From Candidatus Sericytochromatia bacterium (GTDB lineage Bacteria; Cyanobacteriota; Sericytochromatia; S15B-MN24; JAQBPE01): a stretch of DNA of 50,273 nt. The position numbers were made by a program, and so were the translations under genes. The stretch's first letter is position 1, and every line of letters starts with the position of its first letter. A model generated the notes under the pieces. It was not told the DNA's origin and searched no databases. It was given only the letters and a program-made list of their open reading frames with translations. Shown in pieces: positions 19,424 through 29,037 of this stretch. Location: assembly GCA_035285125.1 (NCBI GenBank), contig JAYKHR010000088.1, positions 1 through 50,273 on the forward strand, in the 5' to 3' direction.

Positions 19424-20305
19424 TCAGGTGGACTCGCGGATCTTCTTCATGTAATCCGTGATGACCTTCTTCTTGGCCTCGTCCGTGATCTGGGCAACGA
19501 GCTTCGCGTAAAAGGCGTCGAGGTCTTCCAGCTTGGTGCCGCTGCGGAGCATCTCGAGGTCCACCGTCACACCCGCATCGTACACGACCTGCCAGACGTT
19601 CTTCAGGTCAGCGAACACCAGCGCCGGGTTGGTCTTGCCGTTGGCCTTGAGGATCGCGCGGATGCGGGCCGCGACGACGGTGTTGATCGGGTCGAGCACC
19701 GTTGTCATTCCCCCGAGATCGCCTGCGGGAATGGCCGCCGAGACGCGGTAGGTCTCGCCGTCGATCTTGAACACGGCCTGGGCCTCCAGTGGCCGGTCCG
19801 CCACCACGGCCTTCAACACGACCTTCCCCTGCGCGTCCGTCTGCGCGGCCTGCGACGTGAGGGCGCGCCCGTCGAGCGTGAACTCGCGGAAGGTCACGAT
19901 GGCCTTCTCGACGGGCTTGTCAGCGTTCTCTCCGGCCAGCAGGCCGAAGCGCGGCCCCAGCGCATCGATGGTCGGCGCCAGGTTGAGGCCGCCCGCCGCG
20001 ATGAGCGGCACCGAGGTGTTGGAGATGAGGTTGAGCCCGCCTGCGGCGATGAGGCCATTCGGGTCCTGGTTCACGACCGTGCTGCCCGACTTGGCGAGGG
20101 AGCTGGGCGCCAGCACCGAGAGGGCGACCTCACGCGTGGCGACGGCCGGCGGGGCCGGGGAGGCCTTGGCGGCAGGGGACGGCTTGGCGCTGGCGGCCTT
20201 CGGGATGACAGACAGCTGGGAGGACGCCGTGTTACCCGACGGGGTGCAGGCGGAGGCAAGCAACAGGCTGGAGACCAGGCAGAGGGAGGCAAGGTTGCGG
20301 GACAC
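19424..20305 (-). CDS. Lipoprotein with LIAAGGLN octapeptide repeats
   Basis: Lipobox ASAC; VVNQDPNG-LIAAGGLN-LISNTSVP-LIAAGGLN; RFGLLA; TDAQG; LDPINT. Confidence 0.8.
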   Translation of the reverse strand: MSRNLASLCLVSSLLLASACTPSGNTASSQLSVIPKAASAKPSPAAKASPAPPAVATREVALSVLAPSSLAKSGSTVVNQDPNGLIAAGGLNLISNTSVPLIAAGGLNLAPTIDALGPRFGLLAGENADKPVEKAIVTFREFTLDGRALTSQAAQTDAQGKVVLKAVVADRPLEAQAVFKIDGETYRVSAAIPAGDLGGMTTVLDPINTVVAARIRAILKANGKTNPALVFADLKNVWQVVYDAGVTVDLEMLRSGTKLEDLDAFYAKLVAQITDEAKKKVITDYMKKIREST

Positions 20306-20419
20306 GGCGAAACCCTTTCAAACAAACGGAAGTCTTGTTGGAATACCCGCCCACGCCAGGCTGGAAACGGGAGGCCCGCCCGGCGGGGTATCATGCGGGA
20401 GCTGAGACAGAGGCACCCG

Positions 20420-20731
20420 ATGGCACCCGACCCAACCCCCGAGGCCCCGCAGGCCCTCGCCCCCACCTACCGCTGGCGCCGCCGCCAGGTGCAGCGCGTG
20501 CGGGTGACGTGGCTGGGGATGGTGCTGGTGCTCTGCCTGATGAGCCACCGCTCCCTGCTCAATGCCTTCCCAGACTGGTCCACCACGGTCCGGTTCCTGA
20601 CGTTCGTGCCGACGGTGGTGCTCCCGATGCTGCTGCTGACGCTGTGGCGGCTCGGGCTGCTGCCGCCTGAGCGGGTGCTGGTGTCGCCCGACGAGGCGGG
20701 GGACCCGCGGCTGCGGCAGCCTCGCCCCTGA
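20420..20731 (+). CDS. Small two-TM membrane protein
   Basis: AGAGG RBS, upstream TATCAT -10-like element, two hydrophobic segments. Confidence 0.6.
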   Translation: MAPDPTPEAPQALAPTYRWRRRQVQRVRVTWLGMVLVLCLMSHRSLLNAFPDWSTTVRFLTFVPTVVLPMLLLTLWRLGLLPPERVLVSPDEAGDPRLRQPRP

Positions 20732-20782
20732 GCGCCCCTCCCCGCGCGGTGTACGGTCAGACAACCCGGGTATGTTGAGGCT

Positions 20783-23428
20783 GTGAAGCGCCAACCAACC
20801 CACGTGCTCCCCACCGCCCTGATCCTGGCCGTCGCAGCCGCCACGGCCGCCTGCACGCCGCCGGGCGCCACGACGGCGGCCCGCCCCGGCAGCAGCCCTC
20901 GCGCCGCGAGGCCCGCTGGCACCTCGCCCGCCCCCAGAGGGCCCGAGACCACGACCGTCACGCCGCCCCCCAACCAGCCCGCGCCCACCTCCTCGGGCAC
21001 GCCGACCCCGGAAGCCCTGGGAACGCCCACGCTTCCCCTGATGCCTCTCGCCAGCCTCGCGCCGACGCCGGCCCCCGTGGCGGGCGAGGTCCTCTCCGGG
21101 CGTGTGCGCGTGCCAGCGACGCTGCTGAGCGACAATGGCGCGGGGCTCCTCGGTGATCGCAGCAGCGCGCTGACCCCAGGCGGGGTTTACCGCCTCCGCC
21201 AGGCAGCCCCCGCCTGGCTGGCCTCCCAGGCTGCGCTCGCCAACGCGACGGTGGAGGTCCTCGACGCCCGGGGCCAGGCCGTCCGTTCCCCCGCCGGGGT
21301 GGCCCTGGTCGCCTCCACGGACGCCGGTGGCGCCTTCCGATTCACGGATCCGCTGCCCAACCAGAACCTCGTGCTGCGCGTCGCCCTGGCGGCCGCCAAG
21401 GGCACCTTGCTGGCCGTCGTCCCGCAGGAAGCCGACGCCCGGCGCGACCGCCAGATCGACCTCGTCAGCACGCTCACGACCAGCTACATTCTGAACCAGT
21501 TCGTGCTGTCCCAGGAGGACGCCCAGGGCAGCTACGACCGCCTGCCGCCGGCCATCGAGGCCGAGACCCGCTCGCTGGCGGCCTCTGCGGCGGGGTCGCT
21601 GCTCACCACGCCGCCTGAGGACCTCTCGACCACCCGGGTCGTGCAGACGGTGGAGGCCCTTCGCAAGGGCAACCCGGGCTTCGACGCCCAGATGGAGAAG
21701 GTCAAGGGGCTGCTCGTGGTCGCTGGCCAGAGCAACCGGGGCGAGGGCCGGCCCGCCACCACCGTGAGCCTGAACTACGTGACGGGCCTGCAGGCCGGAC
21801 CCGATGGCAGCACATACATCTACTCGTACGACGACCGCGTGTGGCGCGTGCGGCCCGATGGCGTGTTCGAGACCGCCTACCTCGGCGGCCAGGAGGGCGG
21901 CGGCTCGCTGGCGGGGAAGACGGTGCAGCAGCTGCGCTACAAGCCTTCCCGCGAGGAAGTCGCCTACGACGCCCTCGGCCGCCCCGTGCTGTGGGTGGAC
22001 GACGAGGTCCTGCGCGTGAAGGCCGACGGCACCCTGGAGCTGCTCGCGGGCGGGATGCGACACTACAAGAAGGGGCTGGTGAAGGGCCCCGGGGACGCGC
22101 TCTGGCTCGTGCAGGAGAACCACGGCGCCCGGGAGGTGTGGGAGGTGAAGCCCGGCGCGGAGCCGCACCAGCTTTGCAACCTTCAGCTCCCGGAGGGGCG
22201 AGGCCTGGACCGGGTGGCCTGCGACGCCACGGGCCGCCTGCTGGTGCAGCTCGGAGGAGACGGGCGGCGCACGTATCACGCCGTCGACGTCCGGGACGGC
22301 AGCCTCGCGGACCTGGCCGTGGCGGGCAAGGCCGCCCAGGCCGACATGGACGCCTTCGGCAACCTCCTCTACGTCGACGAGTACGTGCTGTGGGTGCTCC
22401 GGCCCGGGCAGGCCGCGCCGGAGCGGCTGTGCGACTGGCAGGCCTCGCTCGCGGCCGTCGAGATGGCGCCGGACGGCAGGAGCGCCCTGGCGGCAGACTA
22501 CTACCAGGTCTACCGCGTCGCGAACGGCCAGGCGACGCTGATCGCGGGCATCGACCCCAAGGCCTCCACGGGGGGCGTCGCCGCGACGGACTTCAGCTTC
22601 CAGCTGCCGGCCTTCCTCGCCGTGGGAGCGGATGGCGTGCGATGGGTGTGGGACAAGGAGCGCAACCAGCTCGTCAAGATGGCGCAGGGCGAGCTCGCCC
22701 AGGTCTTGCCCGTCGGGCTCGACGGGTGCTACGACGGCTGCCCGGTGGCCGGCCTGCGCGTGGGCAAAGACGGGAAGCCCCTGCTGCGCCTCGAGAACAC
22801 GGTGGTCACCATCGCGGGCGAGAACATTCGCCGCACCGTGTACAGCAGCCCGACACGGGTTGCCCTGACGGACTTCGATGCGCTGCCCGACGGCTCACTG
22901 CTGCTGGGCCTGGAGGGGCCAGAGCGCGACGAGGCCCGCGTCGTGCGGCGCGCCCCGGACGGCACGGTGACGGAGCTGTTCACCGCCACCCTGCCGCTGC
23001 GCGACTGCTCCCTCGCCGCCGGCCCGGGCGGCAGTGTGTACCTGAGCGGCGCCCGGGCGCTCCGGCGCTGGACCCCTGCGGGCGGGCTTGAGACGCTGAT
23101 GGAGGGCTCCCAGTTTCAGGTCGCCACCGACGACAACGACGGTCGCCGGTTCCTGGGGCTGGCCGTCTCGGCCGCGGGCAAGGTGTATGGGGCCTCGCCG
23201 GGCTACTATGACGGGGGCGATGACGTGCCGGGTGGCCTCTGGATGTTCGACCCCATCGCCCCGGCCTTCCGGATGCTCGCAGGACCGCGGGGCACGATGT
23301 ACAACGGCACGGGGCCAGATCAGAGCGTGGCGGGCGCGGGGAGCCCGGCGTTCACGCCGGCCGGAGACCTGCTGTTCATCGACCGGGGCAACCGGCAGAT
23401 CAAGCGAATCCCGAAGGACAAGCTCTGA
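20783..23428 (+). CDS. Large lipoprotein: octapeptide-repeat N-domain plus NHL-like beta-propeller
   Basis: Lipobox TAAC; LLSDNGAG-LLGDRSSA; YRLRQ; C-terminal NHL-like blades (GPDGSTYI, RVWRVRPDG, GDLLFIDRGNRQIKRI). Confidence 0.8.
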   Translation: MKRQPTHVLPTALILAVAAATAACTPPGATTAARPGSSPRAARPAGTSPAPRGPETTTVTPPPNQPAPTSSGTPTPEALGTPTLPLMPLASLAPTPAPVAGEVLSGRVRVPATLLSDNGAGLLGDRSSALTPGGVYRLRQAAPAWLASQAALANATVEVLDARGQAVRSPAGVALVASTDAGGAFRFTDPLPNQNLVLRVALAAAKGTLLAVVPQEADARRDRQIDLVSTLTTSYILNQFVLSQEDAQGSYDRLPPAIEAETRSLAASAAGSLLTTPPEDLSTTRVVQTVEALRKGNPGFDAQMEKVKGLLVVAGQSNRGEGRPATTVSLNYVTGLQAGPDGSTYIYSYDDRVWRVRPDGVFETAYLGGQEGGGSLAGKTVQQLRYKPSREEVAYDALGRPVLWVDDEVLRVKADGTLELLAGGMRHYKKGLVKGPGDALWLVQENHGAREVWEVKPGAEPHQLCNLQLPEGRGLDRVACDATGRLLVQLGGDGRRTYHAVDVRDGSLADLAVAGKAAQADMDAFGNLLYVDEYVLWVLRPGQAAPERLCDWQASLAAVEMAPDGRSALAADYYQVYRVANGQATLIAGIDPKASTGGVAATDFSFQLPAFLAVGADGVRWVWDKERNQLVKMAQGELAQVLPVGLDGCYDGCPVAGLRVGKDGKPLLRLENTVVTIAGENIRRTVYSSPTRVALTDFDALPDGSLLLGLEGPERDEARVVRRAPDGTVTELFTATLPLRDCSLAAGPGGSVYLSGARALRRWTPAGGLETLMEGSQFQVATDDNDGRRFLGLAVSAAGKVYGASPGYYDGGDDVPGGLWMFDPIAPAFRMLAGPRGTMYNGTGPDQSVAGAGSPAFTPAGDLLFIDRGNRQIKRIPKDKL

Positions 23429-23436
23429 CGCGGCCC

Positions 23437-24003
23437 GTGCTCTCCCCGGCCCAGCTTCTGCACGCCTACCCCCTGGGCATCTTCCCGATGGCGGACGACA
23501 TAGGGCAGATTGGCTGGTACCGCCCCACGCTGCGCGCCGTCTTCCCGCTGGACGGCTTCCGCGTGCCGCGCTCCCTCGCCAAGGTGCTTCGCCGCGGGCC
23601 GTTCGAGTTCCGCCGCGACACGGCCTTCGAGGCGGTCGTGGCAGGCTGCGCGGACCGGGCGGAGACCTGGCTTTCGCCCGAGATCCAGCAGGTGTTCGTC
23701 GCACTTCACCAGCTGGGACACGCCCACAGCGTGGAGGCCTGGCGCGACGACAGGCTGGTCGGCGGCCTTTACGGGCTCGCGCTCGGGGGGGCCTTCTTCG
23801 GCGAGTCGATGTTCAGCCGGGAGCCCGAGGCCTCCAAGGCCTGCCTCGTCCATCTGGTCGCGCACCTGCGCGCCCGCGGGTTCACCCTGCTGGACAGCCA
23901 GCTGCCGAACCCGCACCTCGCCCGCTTCGGGCAGGTGCTGATTCCCCACGAGGCTTTCCTGGCCCAGCTGAGGCAGGCCCTCACGCTGGACGTGCGGTTC
24001 TGA
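23437..24003 (+). CDS. aat: Leucyl/phenylalanyl-tRNA--protein transferase
   Basis: AYPLGIFPM, GHAHSVEAW, LVGGLYG, FFGESMFS, ASK and LLDSQ motifs. Confidence 0.95.
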   Translation: MLSPAQLLHAYPLGIFPMADDIGQIGWYRPTLRAVFPLDGFRVPRSLAKVLRRGPFEFRRDTAFEAVVAGCADRAETWLSPEIQQVFVALHQLGHAHSVEAWRDDRLVGGLYGLALGGAFFGESMFSREPEASKACLVHLVAHLRARGFTLLDSQLPNPHLARFGQVLIPHEAFLAQLRQALTLDVRF

Positions 24004-24139
24004 GCGGCTGGCTGGGACCGGCCGCAGCGGAGACGCCGAGGTGGAGGCCTCTGGTGGCGTGCCTGCCTGTCTGCGAGCGCGAGTCCCGATGCTACCGTCG
24101 GGGGGCCGGGCCCAGCCCGCCCACCGTCAGGAGGTTTCG

Positions 24140-24553
24140 ATGAGCTACCACGTCGACGTCGTGCAGGCCTGCATGGCGAACCCCCACTTCCGGCAGGAGT
24201 TGCACACCACGCCCCGCGCCCAGCTGGTGCTGATGTGCCTGCAGCCCGGTGAGGACATCGGCAACGAGGTCCACCACCTCGACCAGCTGCTGTTCTTCGT
24301 GGCGGGCACGGGGCGCTTCGAGGTAGACGACCAGTGCGGCGACGTGGGCCCGGGCCATGCCGTGCACGTGCCCGCCGGCACCTACCACAACTTCGTCAAC
24401 ACGGGGACGGAGCCGATGAAGCTCTACACCGTGTACGCCCCACCGGAGCACGCACCGGGCACCGTCCACCGGACCAAGGCCGAGGCCCAGGCCGCCGAGG
24501 CGGCGGAGCTCGGCGCCCTTACATCGCCGCGACCAGCTCGAAGTAGCGACTGA
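24140..24553 (+). CDS. Cupin domain protein
   Basis: QLVLM, IGNEVH, DQ, VPAGTYHN and KLYTVYAPPEH motifs; AGGAGG RBS. Confidence 0.9.
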   Translation: MSYHVDVVQACMANPHFRQELHTTPRAQLVLMCLQPGEDIGNEVHHLDQLLFFVAGTGRFEVDDQCGDVGPGHAVHVPAGTYHNFVNTGTEPMKLYTVYAPPEHAPGTVHRTKAEAQAAEAAELGALTSPRPARSSD

Positions 24554-25883
24554 AGGCCTTGATGCCGCCAGCGGCCATGGGCCAGTCGAAGTTCTCATTG
24601 GGGGCGTGGTAGCCGTGCTCGGGCAACGAGAGGCCGATGAAGGTGATGGGACACCCCAGCACCCGCTGCATGCTGACCACCGCCCCGATCGAGCCGCCCT
24701 CGCGCACGAAGGCCGGATCAGCCCCGAAGGCGAGGCGGAGCGACTCCCGCACGGCCTCGGCGTAAGGCCCCTCGGCCGAGCCCTGATAGGGCTCCAGCTT
24801 GCCACCGGCCTCCAGCACGACGTCGGGGTTGTGCGCGGCCACGAAGGCGCGGATGGCGTCGAGCACCTCGTCGGGCGAGAGGTCCGGCACGAGTCGCATC
24901 GAGAGCTTCGCCTCGGCGCGCGGCGGCACGATGGCCTTGACGCCAGGCCCCATGTAGCCGCCCACGATGCCGTGCACCTCGAAGGTCGGCCGGGCCCAGA
25001 TCGCCTGCGTCACCTCGGCCGGATCCGTCATACGCAGGCACTTGAGCCCGTGGGCGCGCTGGAACTCGGCCGTCTCGAAGCCCGAGGCCAGGAAGCCCGC
25101 CAGCTCGGCCTCAGAGACGGGTCGCACCCGCTCGTAGATCCCGGGGATCTTGATGCGGCCCGTGCGCGGCTCGTACATGTCCACGATCAGCTGGCACAGC
25201 TCGCCGATGGGGTTGCGCGCCGCCCCCCCGGCCAGGCCGGAGTGGACGTCCTTGGTGCCCGTCTCCAGCAGCAGCTTGAACGACACCATGCCGCGAAGGC
25301 CCAGGGGGGCGGCCGGCTTGCCCCGCGCGATCCAGATGGTGTCGGAGACCACGACGGAGTCGCACGCGAGCCGCTCGGCGTTGGCCTGCAAGAAGGTGGC
25401 GAAGTTGGGCGAGCCGATCTCCTCCTCGAACTCCCAGATGAGCTGGATGTTCAGGGGCAGCCCCGCGTCGCGGGCGGCCAGGGCCGCATAGAAGGCCGCG
25501 AGGGCCGGCCCCTTGTCGTCGGTGGTGCCGCGGCCCCGGTAGGTGTCACCCTCCACGGCGAAGGTGAAGGGCTCCGTCTCCCACTCGGGCTCGGTGGCCG
25601 GCTGCACGTCGAGGTGGTTGTAGATGGTCAGCGTGCGCGTGGCCTCGGGGTGTCGGAGCCAGCCGACGACCACGGGGTAGCCGGGGGTCTCGAAGCGCTC
25701 GGCCTCCACGCCGTGGGCCGCCAGAAAGGCCATCGCCCAGTCGGCGCCGCGCCGGATGGCGTCCGCGAAGCCCGGGTCCGGGCTGACGGTCGGGATCTCG
25801 ACGATCTCGCGCAGGTGGCGCTCGTAGTCGGCGCGGATCGCGGCCGCGTAGGCCTCGGGGTTGACGGGCTGGGTCTGCTGCAT
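24519..25883 (-). CDS. M20/M25/M40 family metallo-hydrolase (dipeptidase-like)
   Basis: YNHLDVQP, GRGTTDDKG, EEEIGS, VHSG, EGGSI and HAPNE motifs. Confidence 0.92.
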   Translation of the reverse strand: MQQTQPVNPEAYAAAIRADYERHLREIVEIPTVSPDPGFADAIRRGADWAMAFLAAHGVEAERFETPGYPVVVGWLRHPEATRTLTIYNHLDVQPATEPEWETEPFTFAVEGDTYRGRGTTDDKGPALAAFYAALAARDAGLPLNIQLIWEFEEEIGSPNFATFLQANAERLACDSVVVSDTIWIARGKPAAPLGLRGMVSFKLLLETGTKDVHSGLAGGAARNPIGELCQLIVDMYEPRTGRIKIPGIYERVRPVSEAELAGFLASGFETAEFQRAHGLKCLRMTDPAEVTQAIWARPTFEVHGIVGGYMGPGVKAIVPPRAEAKLSMRLVPDLSPDEVLDAIRAFVAAHNPDVVLEAGGKLEPYQGSAEGPYAEAVRESLRLAFGADPAFVREGGSIGAVVSMQRVLGCPITFIGLSLPEHGYHAPNENFDWPMAAGGIKAFSRYFELVAAM

Positions 25884-25961
25884 GGAGGGCCTCCTGTCGC
25901 TGGCGGTGGCCCCAGTGTAGCGCCCCCAGGGCCGCCCGTCATCGGGGCCTGCGCTGCCGCC

Positions 25962-26306
25962 TCAGCCCGCCTCCGGGGACGCGTCCGCCCGCAGGATCCC
26001 GGCGCGGGCCTTCAAGAAGGCCTCCCGGCGGGCGCAGACGATCTCGCACAGCGCGTACACGGCCGGGTCGCCGATGGCGTACCAGGCGTTCGTGCCCTCC
26101 TTGCGCCGCGCCACCAACCCGGCGTCGAGCAGCACGCGCAGGTGCTTCGAGACGTTGGCCTGGTTGCCGCCCGTGGCCGCCATCAGCTGCGCGACGGTGC
26201 GCTCCCCGCCCTGCAGGGTGTTGAGCAGCCGCAGCCGCATCGGATCCGCGAGCACCCGGAAGTACCCCGCGATCATCTCGTAGCCAGCCTCGGAAAGAGG
26301 AAACAT
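25962..26306 (-). CDS. ArsR/SmtB family transcriptional regulator with C-terminal CxxxC
   Basis: FRVLADPMRLRLL, QANVSKHL and GLVARRKEG wHTH motifs; LCEIVC in helix 5; divergent from the sulfur operon. Confidence 0.92.
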   Translation of the reverse strand: MFPLSEAGYEMIAGYFRVLADPMRLRLLNTLQGGERTVAQLMAATGGNQANVSKHLRVLLDAGLVARRKEGTNAWYAIGDPAVYALCEIVCARREAFLKARAGILRADASPEAG

Positions 26307-26364
26307 CTCGCGCAGCCTCGTGCCAGTTGGGGGATCGCCCCCCAAGCTTTGTCATACCCGAACG

Positions 26365-26399
26365 TTGACAAGTAAGATTATATAACTATATAGTAATAT
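26365..26399 (+). promoter_or_regulatory. Promoter TTGACA-N18-TATAGT overlapped by palindromic operator ATATAACTATATAGTAATAT
   Basis: Consensus -35 at 26365-26370; 20-bp near-palindrome at 26380-26399, repeated at 34232-34251. Confidence 0.75.
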
Positions 26400-26460
26400 T
26401 GTAGAGCATTCAACTGTCGCCCTGGCCCCGCCAGGCGCCCCCCAGGAGGCGAGCCGCCGC

Positions 26461-27675
26461 ATGGAACCTACGTCCAACGTCCCCCTTCAGCTGGAGGCCG
26501 AGCTCCCGGCAGGCAGGTTACACGCCCTGCTGGACCGAGGCGCGACGGGCTTCGTGCTCCTCGACGTCCGCAACGACACCGAGGTCGCGGCCTGGCGCAT
26601 CGAGGGCCGCCACCAGCCCGCCGTCACGGTCAACCGGCCATACTTCGACTTCCTTGAGGACGAGGAGGCCGCCGTCGCAGCCCTGGAGCCCCACCGGGAG
26701 CTGCCCATCGTCGTGGTCTGCGCCAAGGGCGGCTCCAGCGACTACGTGGCCGGGCTGCTGCGCGAGCGGGGCTTCGCCGCCTCCAACTTGGTCGGGGGGA
26801 TGCAGGCCTGGGGCGACCTCATCGTGGAGGTCGACGTGCCCACAGGGACGTCGCTCGTGCTCAAGCAGCTGCAGCGCGTGGGCAAGGGCTGCCTGGCCTA
26901 CGTGGTGGCGGACGGTGGGCAGGCCCTCGTCGTCGACCCTCATCGCCACCTCGGGCCCTATGAAGACCTCGCGGCTCGCCTCGGCGTGCACATCACCCAC
27001 GTGTTCGACACCCACCTGCACGCCGACCACATCTCTGGCGCCCGCGTCCTCGCCGAGCGCAGCCGCGCCGTCTACATGCTCGAGGCCCACGACGCCGAGG
27101 GCGCGAAGTTCCCCTACCAGGCCATCACCCCCGGCCAGACGCTGCGCCTCGGCCAGACAGAGGTGCAACTGATGCCGCTCCACACGCCTGGGCACACGCC
27201 GGGCAGCGCGTCGCTGCTGATCGACGGCCGGTTCTTGCTCTCGGGCGACACGCTCTTCGTGGCCAGCATCGGGCGGCCCGACCTCGGCGGGCAGCTCGAG
27301 GTGTGGGGGCGGATGCTCTACCGCACGCTGGGCCCCGGGGGCGAGCTGTCCCAGCTGCCGGACGACGTCTTGATCCTGCCCGCCCACTACGCCGGCGTCG
27401 AGGAGGTCCGCGCCGACGGGCTGGTCGCCGGCACCCTGGGTATGTTGCGGGAGCACAACCCCGCGCTGCGACTCGCCTCCGAGGAAGCCTTCGTGGCGTT
27501 CCTCAGGGCCAACCAGCGCGAGGCCCCCGCCATTTATCAGGAGATCCGCCGCGTGAACCTCGCGTGGCAGGAGGTTGATGAGGCCCGAGCCAGCGAGCTT
27601 GACCTCGGCAAGAACGAATGCGCCGCCAGCCGGGGCGGCGGCTGCGCCACCCGGCAGACCCGCACCGGCGCCTGA
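26461..27675 (+). CDS. Rhodanese-MBL fusion (YrkH / persulfide dioxygenase-like)
   Basis: LLDVR and CAKGGSS rhodanese motifs; GCLAY, THLHADH, HTPGHT, SGDTLF, GRPDL and PAH MBL motifs; C-terminal NECA. Confidence 0.9.
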   Translation: MEPTSNVPLQLEAELPAGRLHALLDRGATGFVLLDVRNDTEVAAWRIEGRHQPAVTVNRPYFDFLEDEEAAVAALEPHRELPIVVVCAKGGSSDYVAGLLRERGFAASNLVGGMQAWGDLIVEVDVPTGTSLVLKQLQRVGKGCLAYVVADGGQALVVDPHRHLGPYEDLAARLGVHITHVFDTHLHADHISGARVLAERSRAVYMLEAHDAEGAKFPYQAITPGQTLRLGQTEVQLMPLHTPGHTPGSASLLIDGRFLLSGDTLFVASIGRPDLGGQLEVWGRMLYRTLGPGGELSQLPDDVLILPAHYAGVEEVRADGLVAGTLGMLREHNPALRLASEEAFVAFLRANQREAPAIYQEIRRVNLAWQEVDEARASELDLGKNECAASRGGGCATRQTRTGA

Positions 27676-27706
27676 AGGGGCGTCGCAACCAGAAGGAGAG
27701 ATCACC

Positions 27707-27952
27707 ATGGAGAACGCGACTGAGCTCGACGTGCGCGGGGCGAAGTGCCCGATGCCGATCGTGAAGGCCAAGAAGGCGCTCGAGGCCCTCACGCCCGGGC
27801 AGACGCTGCGCGTCGTCGCCACGGACAAGGGCTCCGTGCTCGACTTCCAGGGGTGGGCCAAGACCAACAAGGCGGCCGACCTCGTGAAGCAGGAGACCCT
27901 CGACGAGGGCGGCACCGCCGTCTACGTCCACTACCTGACGAAGAAGGGGTGA
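27707..27952 (+). CDS. tusA: TusA family sulfurtransferase
   Basis: LDVRGAKCPMP (CPxP) and ATDKGSVLDF motifs; AAGGAG RBS. Confidence 0.9.
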   Translation: MENATELDVRGAKCPMPIVKAKKALEALTPGQTLRVVATDKGSVLDFQGWAKTNKAADLVKQETLDEGGTAVYVHYLTKKG

Positions 27953-27956
27953 GGCC

Positions 27957-28544
27957 ATGACCACCGAGATGCTCCCCCCCACCTCGCTGGACGCCGTGCT
28001 GCAGCGCCTGAGTGCGCTCGAACAGCGGGCAGAGGCTGCCGAGGCGCGCGTCAACGAGCTCGAGGGCCGGCTGCCCAAGGACAAGCTCAGCCTGGTGCTG
28101 TTCTCGGGCGACCTCGACAAGGCCCTCGCGGCCTTCATCATCGCCACCGGGGCCGCCGCCATGGGGCTGGAGGTGACGATGTTCTTCACCTTCTGGGGCC
28201 TAGCGGCCATCCGGGGCAAGAAGGACTGGGGCGGCAAGAACGTCATGGAGTCGATGCTCCAGGTGATGTCGCCAGGTGCCTCGACGGAGCTGCAGCCCTC
28301 GAAGCTGGCGTTCCTGGGCGCGGGCTCCGTCATGCTGCGGCAGATGATGAAGCAGCGGGACATCGCCTCGCTGGAGGATCTCATCGCGCTGGCTCGCGAG
28401 AGCGGCGTCCGCATGGTCGCATGTGGCATGAGCCAGGAGGTCATGGGCATCCGGGACGAGGAACTCCTCCCGGGCATCGAGTGTGGCGGCGTCGCCATGT
28501 TCGTCGGAGAGGCCCAGGAGTCCAAGGTCTCGCTGTTCATCTGA
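27957..28544 (+). CDS. DsrE/DsrF/DrsH-like (YrkE) protein
   Basis: LVLFSGDLDKALAAFIIATGAAAMG, FFTFWGL and ACGMS motifs. Confidence 0.9.
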   Translation: MTTEMLPPTSLDAVLQRLSALEQRAEAAEARVNELEGRLPKDKLSLVLFSGDLDKALAAFIIATGAAAMGLEVTMFFTFWGLAAIRGKKDWGGKNVMESMLQVMSPGASTELQPSKLAFLGAGSVMLRQMMKQRDIASLEDLIALARESGVRMVACGMSQEVMGIRDEELLPGIECGGVAMFVGEAQESKVSLFI

Positions 28545-28558
28545 AAGAGGAACACCCC

Positions 28559-28972
28559 GTGTCCACCGCCACCCAGGAGGCCTACGGCCTCGCCCGCACC
28601 ACCTCCCTGCCCTACGCCGAGGCCGTGCTGGCCATCAAGGAGGCCCTCAAAGCCGTCGGCTTCGGCGTGCTGTGGGAGATCGACATCCCGGCGACGCTCA
28701 AGGCCAAGATCGGCGTGGAGGGCTTCCGCGACTACGTCATCCTCGGGGCCTGCAACCCCCACCTGGCGCACCGCGCGCTGCAGGCCGAGCTCGACATCGG
28801 GCTGCTGATGCCCTGCAACGTGGTGGTCTACGACGCGGGTGACGGCCGCTCGGCCGTGAAGGCACTGGAGCCCAACAAGATGTGGGACCTCGTGGGTAAC
28901 CCCGCCGTGGAGCCGGTCATGGCCGAGGCCCGCGAGAAGCTCCTCGCGGCGCTGGAGGCGCTGCCGGCCTGA
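28559..28972 (+). CDS. DUF302 domain protein
   Basis: GFGVLWEID, YVILGACNP and IGLLMPCNVVV motifs; GTG start with AGAGGA RBS. Confidence 0.9.
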   Translation: MSTATQEAYGLARTTSLPYAEAVLAIKEALKAVGFGVLWEIDIPATLKAKIGVEGFRDYVILGACNPHLAHRALQAELDIGLLMPCNVVVYDAGDGRSAVKALEPNKMWDLVGNPAVEPVMAEAREKLLAALEALPA

Positions 28973-29037
28973 GGCCGGGGGCTGCCACCGCGGCAGACCT
29001 CAGCCAGCCTGAAGGGTGAGGCCGCCTCAGCCAGGCC

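Noticed and set aside
24519..24553. 35-bp convergent overlap of the cupin and M20 genes
   Set aside because: Short tail-to-tail overlaps are common in high-GC genomes; no sign of a frameshift.
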